Shown here: piece by piece, positions 60,902 to 64,000 of the stretch | Position numbering within the stretch: the first letter of the stretch is position 1 | How the letters are laid out: every line of letters begins with the position of its first letter | From: Sarea resinae | Taxonomy: Eukaryota | Reading direction: 5' to 3' | Length of the DNA stretch: 64,000 nt | NCBI GenBank assembly: GCA_026026165.1 | Contig: JAPEUD010000016.1 | Coordinates: forward strand, 186,001 to 250,000 | Position numbers and translations under genes: made by a program | Notes under the pieces: model-generated | The model's input: only the letters and a program-made list of their open reading frames with translations | What the model was told of the DNA's origin: nothing | The model's database searches: none

Positions 60902-63900
60902 TCAAACGCTCGCCCGTCGTGGAGCCATGGTCCTCCTCAGATTCTTCTTCTCCTCCGTCTCCTCCATGACCGGGAGCTCGCCCTTTTCTCGCAGGTCGGC
61001 GAGAAACTTCTTACCGTATTGATAGCCAACCTCGGAGATTTCTTCAAACTTGCCAAAGTCAAGCGTGCCGTATGGATCAATCGGTGGTCGCATGTAGAGA
61101 CAGCCGGGCGTCATTTTGGCGCGCTCGAGTGCCTCGACACTCGACACGTATGCGAGTCGAGCCTGGATCTCGGACAAGGTCGGAGGATTAGGATACGCCG
61201 AGAGCGGGTTCCAGCGATTAATAAAAGCCCAGACGCCAGACAAAGAGTCACCAAATTCCTGAGGCTGGTCGTCGTCGAGACTGCCGACGTCGACGGCGAA
61301 GATGGCCTCGGCGCCGAGTGATTTCATATGCGTGACTGTAAGGTTGTCCAAGTACCCACCGTCGACCAGCATGCTCCCTTCGTCGCAGAGTGGTGGAACC
61401 AGACCAGCCAGAGACATCGACGCACGGACATAGCGCCATATATAGCCGCTTGTATGGATTTCGGCGCGGCTTTTGCTAATGTTCGTCGTGTTACAGTAGA
61501 ATTCCAGCCAGAAGTCTTCAATCTGCGAATTGCCAAACGTCTTGAAGATGCCACGATTGAACTCGTGCCCAGTGGTATATGAAGCACTAACTGATAAGCA
61601 AAATCCCGACCGGGGACACAGCATTTACTCACGAAGGATATGTAAGATCCAAGGCAAATCGCCATATGCTTGCCATACGACCAGCAAACTTCTTTGCTCG
61701 ACCGTACATGGGGACGACATCAGCATCGCGAGCGTACAACGCCCCGATGAAAGATCCTATCGAAGTTCCTCCAATGATGTCAATGGGCACGCCAGCCTCT
61801 TCCAAAGCTCTGATGACCCCTATTTGGGCAATTCCTCTTGCCCCACCACCTCCCAGGACAAGTCCGACCGACTTACCGCAGAGTCGCCGGGCTAGCCGAT
61901 GGAAATCTCCTTTAAATGGCGCCTCGGTTGAATATACAGGCGTTTGCCTTATCCGTCGCGAGGTGTACTTTTGTATCTCGGCCTGCAGCACCTGAACCCG
62001 GTGTTTCAAGGCGGATCCAAAGCGCTTAGCCTGTGGATGAGCCTGTTCAGTGCCACTCCGGAAAGCCATCTGGATGTGATGATGGCCGCCATTGATCCAC
62101 ATGCGGTTCTGGAGCCATTGACGGGTGAGCCCGGGAGGACAGTACCGGTCAACGTGCAGCAAGACAAGCTCTTTTCTTGCAGTGGTCTTCATTCCCACGA
62201 GGAATCTTTCAAACTCCCCAATCGCCGAAGACCCTTCAGCAAGACCAACGAGAAGGATGTAATCCGCTTGGCTGATACAGGTTTGGGTCCAAGGAGAGTT
62301 GACATTAGTATCAGCAACATAAAGAACCATTCCATATTTCTCTTCCAAATCAGCCAGATACTGAGAAAGCTTCAGCTTTCCCATGCGACTAAAAGCGTGG
62401 CGCCCGAGATGGTTTAGAATGGCGGCTTGATTCAAAGACGTAACTCCATTGAGACCTCCAACTTGAGACAGAGCATTCAGGAGCCGGCTGCCAAACTCAA
62501 TGACAGGGACACCAGCCGTTACAGGTAGAATAGCCACGGTTCGAAGATTTGACGTCGAGGAGACTTGCGTGTTGGCAGCCGAGCTCTTCCGATCCTTGCT
62601 TTGCTCAAATGACGGATCCTCAATCAGTTGCCTCATGCGCTGTGCGATCAGCTTTGAGATCTTGATTGTGATACCCGGGTACTCTAGAGCTAAGCTGTTG
62701 AATAACGTTTTCGGAAACTTTGCCAATTCTGAATCTCGTATAGCATGCAAGGTTGCTGGACGCGTTGATTCGGTCATGACTTCCAGCTCTCCAACACTTT
62801 CACCTTGACCGTATTCCCCAATAAACTTCATCTCTCCGTCTTCCTTTTCCAAAAGAGCACGGAGGCGTCCATTCAAGACGATGTAGATGGCATCGCTCTC
62901 ATCACCCTGATGGTGTATCACTTGGCCGGCATTGACATGAATCCATTCAAGGGCAAAGTCAATGTGAAGAATGAGGCGAGGGAGAAGATTCGTCAGTCTC
63001 TTCGCCATGGTCAGTAATATGACTGGGTGCTTTTCGACAATCCTTTCGAGAGACTTCCGGGGCAGAAACCCGACGTAGACATCAGTCTTTGCTCTCACAT
63101 CGACAAACGAACGATATGATGAGACTGTTCCTATATAACCGGCAATACCTCCGGGTTTTATTATGAACAGACTTTTCCGATTCCACTTGGCGCTACTTCC
63201 AGTACCTGGGGTCGAACCTGAACGCTTAGTACCAGACTTTGAGGACTGCATCCGCCCGTTCGCCATCGAAGAGGACATGGACGGCATTGGAGCCCCGCCA
63301 GAACCAATGATATCATCATCCATGGGTGCGCTAACATCTAAAAATCCGTCGATAACGTAATAAAGGCCAGGATTGCGTTCGCCCTGTTCAACCAGCACTG
63401 CTCCCTTGGGGAAATGTACAATCTCAACATCGTCTCGGAGATCATTGGCGAGATCGGCGGTACCAGTATTCCATCCAGCGCTAACGGCGGAAGAAATCGA
63501 CTCTGAATCTGCATCCGTGGAACCATCATAGGGGTCGATAAATCCAAAAGCATTGCTGAAGACTGCCTTCTGTCTTCTCGAGTCGTAGGATATCAACCTA
63601 GGAGACTGCTCGACTGACTCGGCCCGAGGCAGAGCATTGTGATGTGTCGTCAGGCCGATCGCTTTCAAGATGCACTCTAGAATAGCTTCTCGGAAAATAC
63701 TGTCCTCATCCAAGGTCTCTGGTTGCTGAAACTGACCAGCGGACCCCAAAGACGGAATAGCAAAAGGACTCACGTTCCCACGCCCCATCGGGTTCACCGA
63801 TTCACGGCGTGGAGACTCTGCGGACTGGTATGCCTGAGTGAATGGATTGTTACCGAAAAAGCTCGGAGGGCCTCGCCGATCGAACCTAGACATCTGAATA

Positions 63901-64000
63901 TTGGTCTGGAGATCCCCAGGGCTTACGCGAGACCTTTCACGATCATATACCGAGTTCCTGGACGATGCTGGTTCACCAGGTGCAGGTGAAGGTAATATAC
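60902..64000 (-). CDS. NTE1: Lysophospholipase / neuropathy target esterase (cNMP-binding domains plus patatin), 5'-truncated by the window
   Basis: cNMP domains, [27 protein letters not shown]-terminal RRASV; intron about 61632-61577. Confidence 0.95.

Overview
Intron-containing filamentous ascomycete (Pezizomycotina-type) genomic DNA. Conserved genes: SFH5 3' end, an M35 metalloprotease, TRM1, an Rds1/ferritin-like protein, an OPT transporter, an FMO/BVMO, two DszA/NtaA-type luciferase-like monooxygenases, an enoyl reductase, two F-box paralogues, a DUR3-like transporter, an RNPS1-like SR protein, guanine deaminase and NTE1. Two degenerate accessory islands lie among them: an SF1 helicase plus GIY-YIG relic at about 5-10 kb, and tandem GIY-YIG/UDG-like relics at about 24-30 kb bracketed by two paralogous CCHC zinc-knuckle genes. 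There are four tRNA genes. The main finding is a tRNA-Ser(GCT) gene at 46454-46686 whose D-loop is interrupted by a 132-nt insert with spliceosomal signals (GTGAGT...ACTAAC...CAG), in addition to a canonical 20-nt intron at 37/38. Removing both gives an 81-nt cloverleaf with the same D-loop, variable arm and T arm as the ordinary tRNA-Ser(GCT) at 10816-10914, and compensatory changes in three stems. All calls were made by eye; no searches were run and exon boundaries are approximate unless given explicitly.
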